DNA from: an uncultured Hormoscilla sp.
Lineage (GTDB): Bacteria; Cyanobacteriota; Cyanobacteriia; Cyanobacteriales; Desertifilaceae
Direction of reading: 5' to 3'
DNA: 64,000 bases
NCBI GenBank assembly: GCA_963921275.4
Contig: OZ001293.3
Coordinates: 2,304,001 to 2,368,000, forward strand
Under the pieces are notes generated by a model that searched no databases, had not been told where the DNA came from, and worked only from the letters and a program-made list of their open reading frames with translations. The translations under genes and the position numbers were made by a program. Shown here one piece after another: positions 35,894 to 46,643 of this stretch; the first letter of the stretch is position 1, and each line of letters begins with the position of its first letter.

Positions 35894-35968
35894 CGAGGCT
35901 GACGGGATTTGAACCCGCGACTTCCTGTTCGACAGACAGGCGCTCTGGACCAACTGAGCTACAGCCTC
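35894..35968 (-). tRNA. trnD: tRNA-Asp(GTC), first gene of the array
   Basis: CCTGT CT GTC GA ACAGG; G73. Confidence 0.92.
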
Positions 35969-35976
35969 AAAAAAGA

Positions 35977-36330
35977 CTATTCAGTTTTCAAGGTACAGTT
36001 AACTTGGGGTGGAGCTTTGAAGCTCTTTTTCCCTCGCTCTATTTTAGACTACAAATATAATACATTGATTCCCGAAAGTCTGAAAAAATTTTTTTTGGGA
36101 TTTGTTGTTGGAGATGCGATCGCCGGTCCCTGGGCAAGGATATCGCCGGTCCCTGGGCAGGCTAGACGCCCACCCTATGGGATTTTCTGAACTACAACTT
36201 CAGGGAAAAACTTATTCATTTTTCAAGGTACAGTTGGCTTTGGGTAGAGCTTTGAGGCTTTTCACTCTCGCCATATTATATCCTACTTTATATACTACAT
36301 AAGTGTCAAGGGTTTGCCGAAAATTTTTTG
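35977..36330 (-). promoter_or_regulatory. Duplicated promoter/leader of the tRNA array with boxA-like and operator-like motifs
   Basis: GTACCTTGAAAA at 35985-35996 and 36220-36231; TTGACA (36304-36309) with TAGGAT/TATAAT (36275-36285); TATACTACA-like repeats. Confidence 0.65.
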
Positions 36331-36378
36331 GGGCTCGCCGTCGGCGGATGCGATCGCCTGGGCCACGGGAGTTAGGCA

Positions 36379-36553
36379 CGAGGCTGACCGGATTTGAACT
36401 GGCGACTTACTGTTCTACTTCCAGGCGCTCTAGAGCCGGTCAAGTAGAAGCTAGATACCGGGTTTCTTGTCCAGCTATCAAGGAGAGATCGATGCTCTCA
36501 CCGGAGAAACCCGGTATCAGCACTGGCGATATAGGCCAACTGAGCTACAGCCA
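36379..36553 (-). pseudogene. Degenerate tRNA-Asp copy interrupted by an insertion of about 100 bp
   Basis: Both halves align to 35894..35968; the insert carries the ATACCGGGTTTCT...AGAAACCCGGTAT inverted repeat. Confidence 0.8.
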
Positions 36554-36671
36554 AAAGTACAGTTGGCTCGGGTACGATGATTGTTGTTAATGGGAATTGA
36601 CAAGGTAGCGAGGTTGTGAGTATGATAGATTAAGCTAGGGCAAATAAACCGTGCTCAACACGGTGAATTTC

Positions 36672-36902
36672 CGGCGTTGGGTAGCGAACAGTCGGCGTTG
36701 GGTAGCGAACAGTCGGCGTTGGGTAGCGAACAGTCGGCGTTGGGTAGCGAACAGTCGGCGTTGGGTAGCGAACAGTCGGCGTTGGGTAGCGAACAGTCGG
36801 CGTGGGTAGTGAACCGTGGGCGTTGGGTAGTGACTCATGGGCGTTGGGTAGTGAACCGTGGGTGTTGGATCTTCACCCGTGGGCGTTGGATTTTCACCCG
36901 TA
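36672..36902. repeat. 21-bp tandem array (CGGCGTTGGGTAGCGAACAGT)n plus variant units
   Basis: Six perfect units and about five diverged units. Confidence 0.95.
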
Positions 36903-37146
36903 CCTGTTAAGCACAACGAGACCGCATTAAGCACGACTAGACCCCGTTCCCCTAAACAAAACCAAGGCATTATGGAACAACCAATCCTGTTAAGAGTAGT
37001 AAGTCAAGGCCCGGCCCCAGTCCGGAATTAAATTGACTCCTTTGAAATCACTCCAAATCAGTTGTAGAATAATATAGAGGCAACTCACTCGTCTACAACT
37101 AACTCAGACCGGCAGACGGCAACCCGACCAACCCGCCTTTACTTTG

Positions 37147-37402
37147 GGGTGTGGTCAAATGTAGTTGATTAGTCAGATAGCCTCTGAAACCGGGTTAGAG
37201 CGATCGCTACAGGCGCACAAAGCAAGAAATGTTCAAGAAACCGGGTCTAGAGGGCCCCCCGTTCGCGTAGCGTGCAGCCATACTTTTCTTTCGCCAACCG
37301 GTTTTAACCGCACCCCATGGTCCCTAAAAGCTCCCAGTACGTGGTCACAAATCATCATTTAGCTCCCCCCTCGCATTCGCCAACTGGTGCAAGACCACAC
37401 CC
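37147..37402. mobile_element. Two adjacent GGGTGTGGTC-ended miniature elements
   Basis: GGGTGTGGTCAAATGTAGTTG...TTTTAACCGCACCC (37147-37315) and GTGGTCACAA...CAAGACCACACCC (37341-37402). Confidence 0.6.
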
Positions 37403-37429
37403 TGTATTATCTTTGTTAAACTCTGTCAA

Positions 37430-37768
37430 ATGTCCCCTGAAGACCAAAATTATGTTTGCATCGATACTAACCAGGCAGCTTGGGAACCAGGCCCGATCGC
37501 AGGTCTGCAAATAATGCCCCTGCATCGCTTTGGTACGGAACGAGTGTTTCTGATCGAGTGGGAAGCGGGAATACATTTCCCCGACTATACCTATGAGGAT
37601 GGATCGGAAGTCTTAGTTTTGGAAGGAGTTTTGGAAGATGAGCATGGTAGCTATCCCAAAGGCACTTGGTTGAGGCATCCTGTTGGCAGCAGTCACGCAG
37701 CTTTCAGTCCTTCGGGCTGTTTACTTTACGCTAAAGGCGGTCACTTGCTTCCCGACCTTAAGCAATAA
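37430..37768 (+). CDS. ChrR-like cupin domain protein
   Basis: EVLVLEGVLEDEHGSYPKGTWLRHPVGSSH...GCLLYAK. Confidence 0.85.
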   Translation: MSPEDQNYVCIDTNQAAWEPGPIAGLQIMPLHRFGTERVFLIEWEAGIHFPDYTYEDGSEVLVLEGVLEDEHGSYPKGTWLRHPVGSSHAAFSPSGCLLYAKGGHLLPDLKQ

Positions 37769-37892
37769 CCCGATGCGGATCTCTCCAGTGCCTGCTGTGA
37801 CAGTTTGTGACGCTGGAAACATCCCGCCGGAGGTTTGACCCCCGCGTTCCTAAATGGTATTAGAGGATTAAATTAATCTCAGGAAATCTCCG

Positions 37893-40379
37893 ATGGCAGT
37901 AAAAAAAACTGAAATTTATAGCTCCCTATGGGCAGGATGCGATGAATTGCGAGGTGGCATGGACGCTTCCCAGTATAAGGATTACGTCCTCACCTTGTTG
38001 TTTATGAAATATGTCTCTGATAAATATGCCGGCGATCGGGACAGTATTATTTTCGTCCCAGATGGCGCAGCTTTTGAGAACTTAGTGGCCCTTAAAGGGA
38101 ATCCCGAAATCGGAGACAAAATTAATAAAATTATTGGTCAGTTAGCAGAAGAAAATGGACTTAAAGGTGTCATTGATGTTGCCGACTTTAACGATGAGGA
38201 CAAGCTGGGCAAAGGTAAGGAGATGGTCGATCGCCTGTCTCGGTTGGTGGCGATTTTCGACGGGTTGGACTTAAGCGCGAACCGCGCTGAAGGGGATGAT
38301 TTACTGGGGGATGCCTACGAGTATCTCATGCGCCACTTTGCCACGGAGTCGGGGAAAAGTAAGGGGCAGTTTTATACCCCGGCGGAGGTGTCGCGGGTTG
38401 TCGCGAAAGTGGTGGGCGTTACGCCAGAAACCAGGCAGGATGCAACGGTGTATGACCCCACTTGCGGCTCCGGTTCCATATTGCTGAAAGTGGCAGATGA
38501 ATCTCCTAATGGCTTAACTATTTACGGGCAGGAAATGGATAACGCTACGGTAGCATTGGCGCGGATGAATATGTTTATGCACGACTGTCCGACGGCGTTA
38601 ATTGGGCAGGGCAATACTCTCTCCTCTCCTTACTGGAAAGAGACCGAGGGCAGTTTGAAAACTTTTGATTTTGCTGTTGCCAACCCGCCTTTTTCCTATA
38701 AAGCTTGGAGTAATGGGGTAGATACTACCAAGGATGAATTTAATCGGTTTGAGTATGGCGTTCCCCCGGCGAAAAACGGCGATTATGCTTTTCTGCTCCA
38801 CATTCTCAAATCATTGAAAAGTACGGGCAAGGGGGCGGTAATTTTGCCTCACGGGGTACTATTTCGGGGAAATGCTGAGGCTCGCATTCGGCAGAATTTG
38901 GTCAGCCAGGGATACATTAAGGGTATCATCGGTTTACCCCCAAACCTGTTTTATGGCACGGGCATTCCTGCTTGTATTATCGTTATTGATAAAGGGGATG
39001 CCAGCTCCCCGGGTAACGACCCTCCGCTACCCGGTCAGGGTTTGTTTATGGTGGATGCTAGCAAGGGGTTTATCAAGGATGGCAATAAGAACCGGCTGCG
39101 CAGTCAGGATATCCATAAGATTGTGGATGTATTCAATCATCAGATAGAATTGCCTCGCTACAGTCGGATGGTGAGTTTGTCCGAAATCGCAGGGAACGAT
39201 TATAATCTCAATATTCCCCGTTATATTGATTCTAGCGAACCTGAAGACATTCACGACCTCAGCGCTCACTTCAAGGGTGGCATTCCTAACAGGGATATTG
39301 ATGCCTTAAATGACTACTGGCGGGTGTTTCCCCAGGTGCGAGATGCTTTGTTTGCGCCTGGAAATCGCCCGGGATATAGCCGGAGTTTGGTAGCATCTTC
39401 TCAGGTAAAGGCGACTATTCTCAATCATCCCGAGTTCGCCGAGTTTGCCGATCGCACTCTCGCATTGTATCGCGATTGGCGCCAGCACCACGATCGGGAA
39501 CTGAAGGCGATCGCCCTTGGGGAGAAGCCGAAAGAAGCGATCGCCAAGCTATCGGAGGATTTGCTGGCGCGGTTTGCCGACTCTGACTTGCTGGATAAGT
39601 ACGACATTTACCAGCTATTGATGGACTACTGGACGGAAACGATGCAGGATGATGTTTATATACTGGTGCAAGATGGTTGGCAGGCGGGGAAGGTGCTGCG
39701 GGAGTTGGTGGCGAAAAAGGGCGAGAAGTTGAAGGAAACTCCAGATTTGATCGTCGATAAGAAAAAGTATAAAGCTGACTTGATACCGCCCAGTGCGCTC
39801 GTGGCGCGGTATTTTGCCGATAAGCAGCAGCAGATCGACGAACTACAGGCAGAATTGGATGCGGTCAGTCAGGAGTTAGAGGCGCTGATAGAGGAACATA
39901 GCGGCGAAGATGGGGCCTTAAGTGATGCCCAGACAGATGCGGGGAAGGTGACGAAAGCTAAAATAAAACAAGTCATCAAGGATAATCGACAATTATCAAT
40001 TTTTGACAATTCAGGATCCTCCCTTGATGACGAACAATTCTCAATTCTGGAACAATGCCTGAAATTGTTCGATCGAGAGGCTGCGAAGAAGAAAGCAGTG
40101 AATAATGCCCAGACAGAACTGGATAAAGCAGTGTTTTCCCAGTATGCTAAATTAACAGAGGATGAAATTAAAACTTTGGTAGTGGATGATAAATGGCACG
40201 GGACGCTAAAGGCGGCAATTGCGGCGGAGATCGAGCGGGTGACGCAGCAGTTGGCGAACCGGGTGAAGCTGTTAGAGGAACGTTATGCGGAACCTTTGCC
40301 CCAGTTGGAAGAGGAGGTTGAGGAGTTGGCCCGCCGGGTAGAAGACCATTTGCAGCAGATGGGCTTGACTGTATCTTAG
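37893..40379 (+). CDS. hsdM: Type I R-M methyltransferase subunit
   Basis: LGDAYEYL, GQFYTP, YDPTCGSG, NPPF, YNLNIPRY. Confidence 0.96.
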   Translation: MAVKKTEIYSSLWAGCDELRGGMDASQYKDYVLTLLFMKYVSDKYAGDRDSIIFVPDGAAFENLVALKGNPEIGDKINKIIGQLAEENGLKGVIDVADFNDEDKLGKGKEMVDRLSRLVAIFDGLDLSANRAEGDDLLGDAYEYLMRHFATESGKSKGQFYTPAEVSRVVAKVVGVTPETRQDATVYDPTCGSGSILLKVADESPNGLTIYGQEMDNATVALARMNMFMHDCPTALIGQGNTLSSPYWKETEGSLKTFDFAVANPPFSYKAWSNGVDTTKDEFNRFEYGVPPAKNGDYAFLLHILKSLKSTGKGAVILPHGVLFRGNAEARIRQNLVSQGYIKGIIGLPPNLFYGTGIPACIIVIDKGDASSPGNDPPLPGQGLFMVDASKGFIKDGNKNRLRSQDIHKIVDVFNHQIELPRYSRMVSLSEIAGNDYNLNIPRYIDSSEPEDIHDLSAHFKGGIPNRDIDALNDYWRVFPQVRDALFAPGNRPGYSRSLVASSQVKATILNHPEFAEFADRTLALYRDWRQHHDRELKAIALGEKPKEAIAKLSEDLLARFADSDLLDKYDIYQLLMDYWTETMQDDVYILVQDGWQAGKVLRELVAKKGEKLKETPDLIVDKKKYKADLIPPSALVARYFADKQQQIDELQAELDAVSQELEALIEEHSGEDGALSDAQTDAGKVTKAKIKQVIKDNRQLSIFDNSGSSLDDEQFSILEQCLKLFDREAAKKKAVNNAQTELDKAVFSQYAKLTEDEIKTLVVDDKWHGTLKAAIAAEIERVTQQLANRVKLLEERYAEPLPQLEEEVEELARRVEDHLQQMGLTVS

Positions 40380-40601
40380 CCCCTACCACGCCCGCCGAAC
40401 CCTAAAGGGTCCGGCTACACGAACGAAGCCCGCCTACGCGGGCTTAATTTTCTGGGTATTCGTGATTCTCTCGTTCCCAGTGGTCATGCATTTGTCCGGC
40501 GACACCGGAGAGATCGTGAGGATCAACAGGTTTTGACCACACCCCCAAGAAACCGGGTTTCTGGGTACTCGTGATTAATTAATTGTTTGGAGAATAAAGA
40601 G

Positions 40602-41681
40602 ATGAATAGAATCAATGGCTTGTCATTATTACCAGGAGATATTGGGGATATCGAGACCAAGGCGGTACTCAAAAAGTTAATTACTGCTCACCAGGCGTTA
40701 GCAGAACTGAAAGGGGTGGCTAATAGTATTCCCAATCGGGAAATTTTAATTAACACATTATCCTTGCAGGAAGCTAAAGATAGTTCGGCGATCGAAAATA
40801 TTATTACTACCCAAGATGATTTATATCGTAGTGACAGTCAGGTGCAGCAGTTCGTGACCGCCGCAGCCAAAGAAGTACATAACTATGCTACGGCCCTACG
40901 TGAGGGGTTTAACCAGCTTCAAAAAACGGGATTATTAACGGAACGTCAGATATTAGAAATTCACGCCACGATCGAGGGAAATAACGCGGGTTTCCGCAAG
41001 CTTCCGGGTACTACCCTAAAAAACGATGCAACGGGGGAGGTGGTTTATACACCGCCACAAAATTATGAAGAGATTAAAACTTTGATGGCTAATTTGGAAA
41101 AATTCATTAATGATGACAGGCTTTGTGATTGGGACTCATTGACGAAAATGGCGGTAATTCACCATCAGTTTGAGAGTATCCATCCATTTTACGACGGAAA
41201 TGGTAGAACAGGGCGAATTGTTAATGTTTTGTACTTAGTAAAACAAAATTTACTGAAAACTACTGTACTTTATTTAAGTCGTTATATTAATCAAACCCAA
41301 ACACAATATTATGAATTGCTGCAATTTACTCGGAAAACGACAGATTGGGAACCTTGGGTAATCTATATCTTAGAAGGGGTCAAAAAAACTTCGCTACAAA
41401 CAGTTGAGTTGATTGAAGGAATTAAAGGGCTGATGCTGTCACACAAGCATTTCATTCGTAATGAACTACCTAAGGTATACAGTCAAGATTTACTCAATAA
41501 TTTGTTTAGGCATCCTTACATTAAGATTGACTTCGTCCAGAATGAGTTGAGAGTGAGTCGGGTGACAGCAACGAAATATTTGGAGGAGTTGGTGAGAATA
41601 GGTTTACTAAAAAAGCTAAAGATGGGACGTGAAAATTACTATATTAATGTTGCTTTATACAACCTGTTAGCGGGACTTTAA
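40602..41681 (+). CDS. Fic-domain protein
   Basis: HPFYDGNGRTGR motif; N-terminal LQEAKDSSAIENI. Confidence 0.93.
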   Translation: MNRINGLSLLPGDIGDIETKAVLKKLITAHQALAELKGVANSIPNREILINTLSLQEAKDSSAIENIITTQDDLYRSDSQVQQFVTAAAKEVHNYATALREGFNQLQKTGLLTERQILEIHATIEGNNAGFRKLPGTTLKNDATGEVVYTPPQNYEEIKTLMANLEKFINDDRLCDWDSLTKMAVIHHQFESIHPFYDGNGRTGRIVNVLYLVKQNLLKTTVLYLSRYINQTQTQYYELLQFTRKTTDWEPWVIYILEGVKKTSLQTVELIEGIKGLMLSHKHFIRNELPKVYSQDLLNNLFRHPYIKIDFVQNELRVSRVTATKYLEELVRIGLLKKLKMGRENYYINVALYNLLAGL

Positions 41682-42399
41682 GCTGTCGGGTGGGCACCTC
41701 CCACCAGCAGCAGGCTGTAACCATACTGAGTTAGAGGACTACCGGTCCGGTTTTCTGGACTACCGGTGAAATACCCGGCGCAAAAGTGAGATTACCCAGT
41801 CCCGTTAGGGAATATGTATAGAAAATAGATAAAATCTATGCATATCGGAAAAACATGTATAGAAAATGGCTTTTTCTATACATGTTGCAGCACTGAATCA
41901 ATAATAACAATCGGAAAACATAATTAAAAATTAAATATACCATATTAAGTCACTGATGTATCGCACTTATCAAGATTTCCGATGGGTTATCGCCGCGCAA
42001 TTTGTGGTGATTTTAAGCAGTTTTATGAGGTATAGAGTGAAGCACCGGAATTTCTGAAACAGCAAGTTGGCAGTTTTTCTCGCCATGCTACACTAGAGTA
42101 GATAACGGGACAAGTTATTATGGGTAAAATCTCACATTCAGGCGATCGCACTTATCGGAAGTTCCTACAAGATATGAAAACCCAGGTCGTTAAAATGCCA
42201 AATCTCCAACAGTTGGAGAAATTACTTGGGGCCACAATATTCTGAGACAAACCCGATCGGGGTAGCAACTTATCAGCAGGATTCGCAGGTGCCGTCAGAA
42301 TATCAGGGATTATTGCCAACGGATTCTGATTGGCAGCGATTTAAGAAGTCAGCGTTGCCGTCCGATTTTTCCGGGACGGTGGATGATAATTGATAAATT

Positions 42400-42593
42400 A
42401 TGACACCACTAGAGTTAAGAGAAAAAGGCTATAATAATTTAGTTAGCAATTTAGGACAGGTGGATGCAATTCGCTTTTTACAACAGATGGGATGGGGGCA
42501 TGGTGACTATACCTAAGAAAGAGGCGAGATTTTGGATTATGTAACGCGGGAGTAATTTTGGCAGGATTTGCAGAGGATTAGAGATAGAAAATA
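42400..42593 (+). pseudogene. Small antitoxin-like hypothetical with nonsense codons (second copy 47761..47954)
   Basis: MTPLELREKGY..LG.VDAIRFLQQ.GWGHGDYT* with the same stops in both copies. Confidence 0.55.
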
Positions 42594-42632
42594 ATTGTTA
42601 AAAGACGTGAAATGTTTTTCTAGCAGTCGGGT

Positions 42633-43961
42633 ATGATAATGAGTAAGCATCAATTAGCGCTCAACAATAGTCAAGTGCCAGAAGGTTATAAAAAAACTGA
42701 GGTTGGGGTGATTCCTGAAAAGTGGAAAACAATGGTATTTTCAGAAATTGCTTCGTGCCGAAAAGAGCGTATAGACCCCAGAAAATCAGGGACTCAAGAG
42801 TTTTGTATTGAGCTAGAACATATTGAATCAGGGACGGGAAGATTGCTAGGGAATACGCAAACGGGATATCAGTCGTCTCTGAAAGCTGTTTTTCAACCCG
42901 GTGATGTTTTATTTGGTAAGTTGAGATCTTATTTACGGAAGTATTGGCTTGCAGATCGTGAAGGAGTTTGTTCAACTGAGATCTGGGTATTAGTTGCAAA
43001 TTCATCACGAGCGCTATCTGAATTTTTATATCAAATTGTCACAACTGAACAGTTTATCGATATTGCTAGCATTGCCTACGGTACACATATGCCGCGCTCT
43101 GATTGGAACTTAGTCAAAAACTATAATGTTGCAGTTCCACCAGTAAAAGAACAATGCGCGATCGCCCAAACCCTATCGGACGTGGATGGGCTGATAGCAG
43201 CACTGGATCAGGTGATCGCCAAAAAGCGCAACATCAAAACCGCCACCATGCAGGAACTCCTCACCGGCAAGAAACGCCTGCCGGGGTTTGGCGAGGGGAA
43301 AGGTTATAAAAACACTGAGGTTGGGGTGATTCCTAAAGATTGGGATGTGGCATCTCTTGTTGATGTCAGTATTAATGGCGGTCTTGTACGAGGGCCTTTT
43401 GGTGGGGCATTAAAAAAAGAATTTTTCGTTAAAAGTGGTTATAAGGTTTATGAGCAGCGCAATGCAATATATCGAAGTATAGAGATTGGTAATTATTTTA
43501 TAGACTCGAAAAAGTTTAATGATTTAAGGAGATTTAAAATTAGCGAAGGAGATCTAATTGTGAGTTGTTCTGGAACCATAGGCTGTATTTACAAAATTCC
43601 TGAAGGAGCGCCACAAGGTGTAATTAATCAAGCATTGCTGAAAATAACCCTTAACAATAATTTAATAGATAGTAATTTATTTTTAGCTGTTTTCTGTTGT
43701 GACAAGTTTCAAGAAAAAATTACTGAAAATTCTCACGGCGGAGCTATGCAAAATTTAGTGGAAATGGATACATTTAAGAATACTTTATTGCAGTTGCCAT
43801 CGTTTCTAGAACAAAAAGCGATCGCATCTATACTCTCGGACATGGATGCCGAAATAGCGGCCTTAGAAAAGCGCCGCGCCAAAACCAAAGCCATGAAGCA
43901 AGGCATAATGCAGGAACTCTTAACCGGAAAAACCCGACTCATCGTTCCCAACAATCCTTAA
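42633..43961 (+). CDS. hsdS: Type I R-M specificity subunit, allele 1
   Basis: GYKKTEVGVIP, two TRDs, PP..EQ.AIA and MQELLTGK conserved regions. Confidence 0.95.
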   Translation: MIMSKHQLALNNSQVPEGYKKTEVGVIPEKWKTMVFSEIASCRKERIDPRKSGTQEFCIELEHIESGTGRLLGNTQTGYQSSLKAVFQPGDVLFGKLRSYLRKYWLADREGVCSTEIWVLVANSSRALSEFLYQIVTTEQFIDIASIAYGTHMPRSDWNLVKNYNVAVPPVKEQCAIAQTLSDVDGLIAALDQVIAKKRNIKTATMQELLTGKKRLPGFGEGKGYKNTEVGVIPKDWDVASLVDVSINGGLVRGPFGGALKKEFFVKSGYKVYEQRNAIYRSIEIGNYFIDSKKFNDLRRFKISEGDLIVSCSGTIGCIYKIPEGAPQGVINQALLKITLNNNLIDSNLFLAVFCCDKFQEKITENSHGGAMQNLVEMDTFKNTLLQLPSFLEQKAIASILSDMDAEIAALEKRRAKTKAMKQGIMQELLTGKTRLIVPNNP

Positions 43962-44001
43962 ACCGCAAACCGCCATCTAAAAACAACCAGGAGAAAATAT
44001 C

Positions 44002-44541
44002 ATGAGCAACGTCGGACAAAGGAAATTCGCTACTCAAAAACGAGTTATCCAACTCTTTGAACAGCAACTCGGTTACTCAGATCTGGGATACTGGCACAAC
44101 CGCCAGCACAACCGCAACATTGAAACAGAATTCCTGAGCCAATGGTTGAGTAAGCGATGTACGACGGGCAGTACGAGTAGTGCGCCCGGAGTACATCGAA
44201 GAGGCGTTAGCGATACCCTGATTAACAAAACCCTGCGGGAACTCGATCGCGCCGCCGCCCTGGCAGACACCCAAAACCTTTACGACGCTAACAAAGCAGT
44301 CTATCGTCTCCTCCGCTACAGTGTTAAGGTCAAAGAAGGGGCCCGACAACAAACCCAAACTGTCTGGCTCATCGACTGGAAACATCCCGAAAATAATCAT
44401 TTCGCGATCGCCAAAGAAGTCACCATTAAAGGCCAACAAGACAAAGGCCCAGATCTCGTTATTTATGTCAACCCGAGAGAGTCAAATAAACCCGGTTTCA
44501 AGGGCTACCACCCGAATTTCCTATGGGTTCTGACCGCGTAA
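44002..44541 (+). pseudogene. hsdR: Truncated hsdR 5' duplicate
   Basis: Matches 49389.. up to PDLVIYVN, then diverges; contains an in-frame palindromic insert. Confidence 0.9.
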
Positions 44542-44595
44542 TTTGTGGTTCATCAGATGCAACATGGTGCTGTTTGGTGGGATGGCTATAGGCTC

Positions 44596-44960
44596 TTACC
44601 AAATGGGTGCGAGATTCAGGACAAAACCCGGGAAAACTGTTTCCCCTGATAGAGTCACGGGATTCTCAATCACTTCCACCTCTTGATTTGGACGATAAAT
44701 TTCTACTTGCCTGGTTCTGCGATTAATTAACCAACCCAAGCGCATCCCCCGGTATTCTCTCATCTTCGACTGCGTTGAAGGCAAGCTGTCACTGGGAGAA
44801 AGTAATTCCACGATAAAATCAGGACAAAGATGAGGAAATCTCTGTTGTTCGGAAATCGTCAAGCTATTCCAGCGTTCCAGTCTCACCCATGCAGCATCAG
44901 GCGATCGGTCGGCCCCCGACGGCAGCTTAAAACCTCCTGATGAATCGAAGGCAACCCCCT
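44596..44960 (-). pseudogene. Uma2/DUF820 endonuclease, 5' truncated
   Basis: SSGGFKLPSGADRSPDAAW, CPDFIVELLSPSD, LGWLIN, LSGETVFPGF. Confidence 0.85.
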
Positions 44961-45040
44961 ATATAATATAGGATGTAAGTACATCCCAGATATAGTTTAC
45001 TGTCCCGGGGATTTGTCATGCATGGTATTAGCCATCAAAT

Positions 45041-45817
45041 ATGAATTTAAACAATCCTGAATTACAGGAACATCTGGTAAAACAAAGTCAGCAAATTCAG
45101 CAGAAATTTAACCGCGCCATAGAACTTGCTGGTAATGATGCTATACTCAGACAAGAAACTATTGAGAATCTGCGGCTAAACAAGCAGGGAAGTTTGAGTA
45201 CGAGGGCGCTAGAAGCATCTCTCGGAGACTTAGTTGATTTTCTGGAGCGATATAGCCAAAGAGTTTCCGGTGACTTTGCTTCTCGGTTTCGGCGTATGCA
45301 CAGACAAAACGCAGATCCATTTCAAGCAGAATCAGAGTTACGCACCGCTGAAGACATTTTGGAAGAGAGGACAATACTTGGAGAGAACTGCTCAATTGAA
45401 GGATTACCTGAAAATTAGAGTCGCAGTACTCCCGAGTACAAAGTAACAGATAAAGATGGTGAAAACCGCCTGGTAGAAGTCAAAAGGATTGGCGAACCAG
45501 GTCAACCGCTTTCCAAAACGGGTATCGATCGAAACCTCAGAGCAGCCTTCAGCCAGATTAAGAGTCAAGCTGAGCAAACTTTTGAAAGAGAAGGCTTTGT
45601 CCGTATTGATGCGTCTCATACAGGGAGTAGCAATGTTACTCCCGAAAACATTCGGAGATTAATCAAGGGGAGACTGGTTTTTCAAAGAGTCAACAAAAAA
45701 GTAATTAACTTTGTTAAGTGGGTTGAGGTTCTCTATAACGACAATACAGGTACAGCTCGCAGACTACTGTTTAAATTTGAGAATGGGGAACTGACTATCT
45801 ACGCAAATGAGGATTGA
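45041..45817 (+). pseudogene. Putative restriction-fold nuclease toxin with one in-frame TAG at 45416
   Basis: Manual translation: the frame stays open after the TAG to TGA 45815-45817 (TPEYKV..LVEVKR..IDRNLRAAFSQI..GFVRIDA). Confidence 0.6.
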
Positions 45818-45819
45818 CC

Positions 45820-46470
45820 ATGAAAACAATTGAAACACCAACACAAACTATACTGGAACCGCTTTGGGACACTTGGAGTCGAAAGAAGTATGCTGGAGCA
45901 TGGGACATCGCTCCGGCTTGCGATTTTACCTCTGCTTCTCCCCAAGAGGTAAATGAGTGGATCGCCACCAGTCTGGTTGATACCCTCGATGCCTTTTCTC
46001 ATCTAGTACGCCCTTGGAAAATGGAATTCGGCGCTATTTACAGAGATGATGTAGATAATGTTGTTCTGGAATGGCATCGAGAGCTAACCTATGACTCGTA
46101 TATAAAACAAGCGATCGCCGAAATCAGAGAGTTCCCAGCACCTATCTATTCCCTCGATATGGAAGTAAATTTATTTGCCTATTGCCGCACCTATGATTCT
46201 CCTGATAAGCCAGTTAGAAGTTGGGTCCGTGTTCCTACTTCTTTCTCGATCTCAGGGGGAATGGCAGAAGACTTGGAACTTTACTTATCTTTTGGTATTG
46301 AACATACCTTGTTTTGCCGGTGGTCTGCTAAAGGCTTCGATAATAATGTGCTTCATTCTCTCAATCAACCACTGCTGGAGAAAGCCCTCCGCCGCTGGGA
46401 AAAAAGAGTTGGTTCTATTGTTGAATTCGAGGGATTTTCGGGAATTTATAAGTACGGTTTCCAGGACTAA
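45820..46470 (+). CDS. Hypothetical protein, candidate immunity protein
   Basis: Intact acidic/aromatic-rich ORF starting 2 nt after the upstream stop. Confidence 0.65.
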   Translation: MKTIETPTQTILEPLWDTWSRKKYAGAWDIAPACDFTSASPQEVNEWIATSLVDTLDAFSHLVRPWKMEFGAIYRDDVDNVVLEWHRELTYDSYIKQAIAEIREFPAPIYSLDMEVNLFAYCRTYDSPDKPVRSWVRVPTSFSISGGMAEDLELYLSFGIEHTLFCRWSAKGFDNNVLHSLNQPLLEKALRRWEKRVGSIVEFEGFSGIYKYGFQD

Positions 46471-46643
46471 TACCATACCGGGTTTCTGAGCTAACGGTCT
46501 GGGTTGGAGGACTACCGGTGAAATACCCGGCGCAAAAGTGAGATGTCCCCACCCGACCGACCGAAAAGTCCCTCTGAGAAAGGGCTAGTTCCCTGAAGCA
46601 TTAACGCTTACTCGATTCTATGATAACCTAGTAGGGTGGGCAC

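Noticed and set aside
35066..36590. Plus-strand ORFs over the tRNA array
   Set aside because: Antisense shadows of tRNA genes and leaders.
45416..45418. Programmed stop-codon readthrough (pyrrolysine or suppressor)
   Set aside because: No suppressor anticodon among the array tRNAs, and many other genes have nonsense lesions; simple mutation is more likely.
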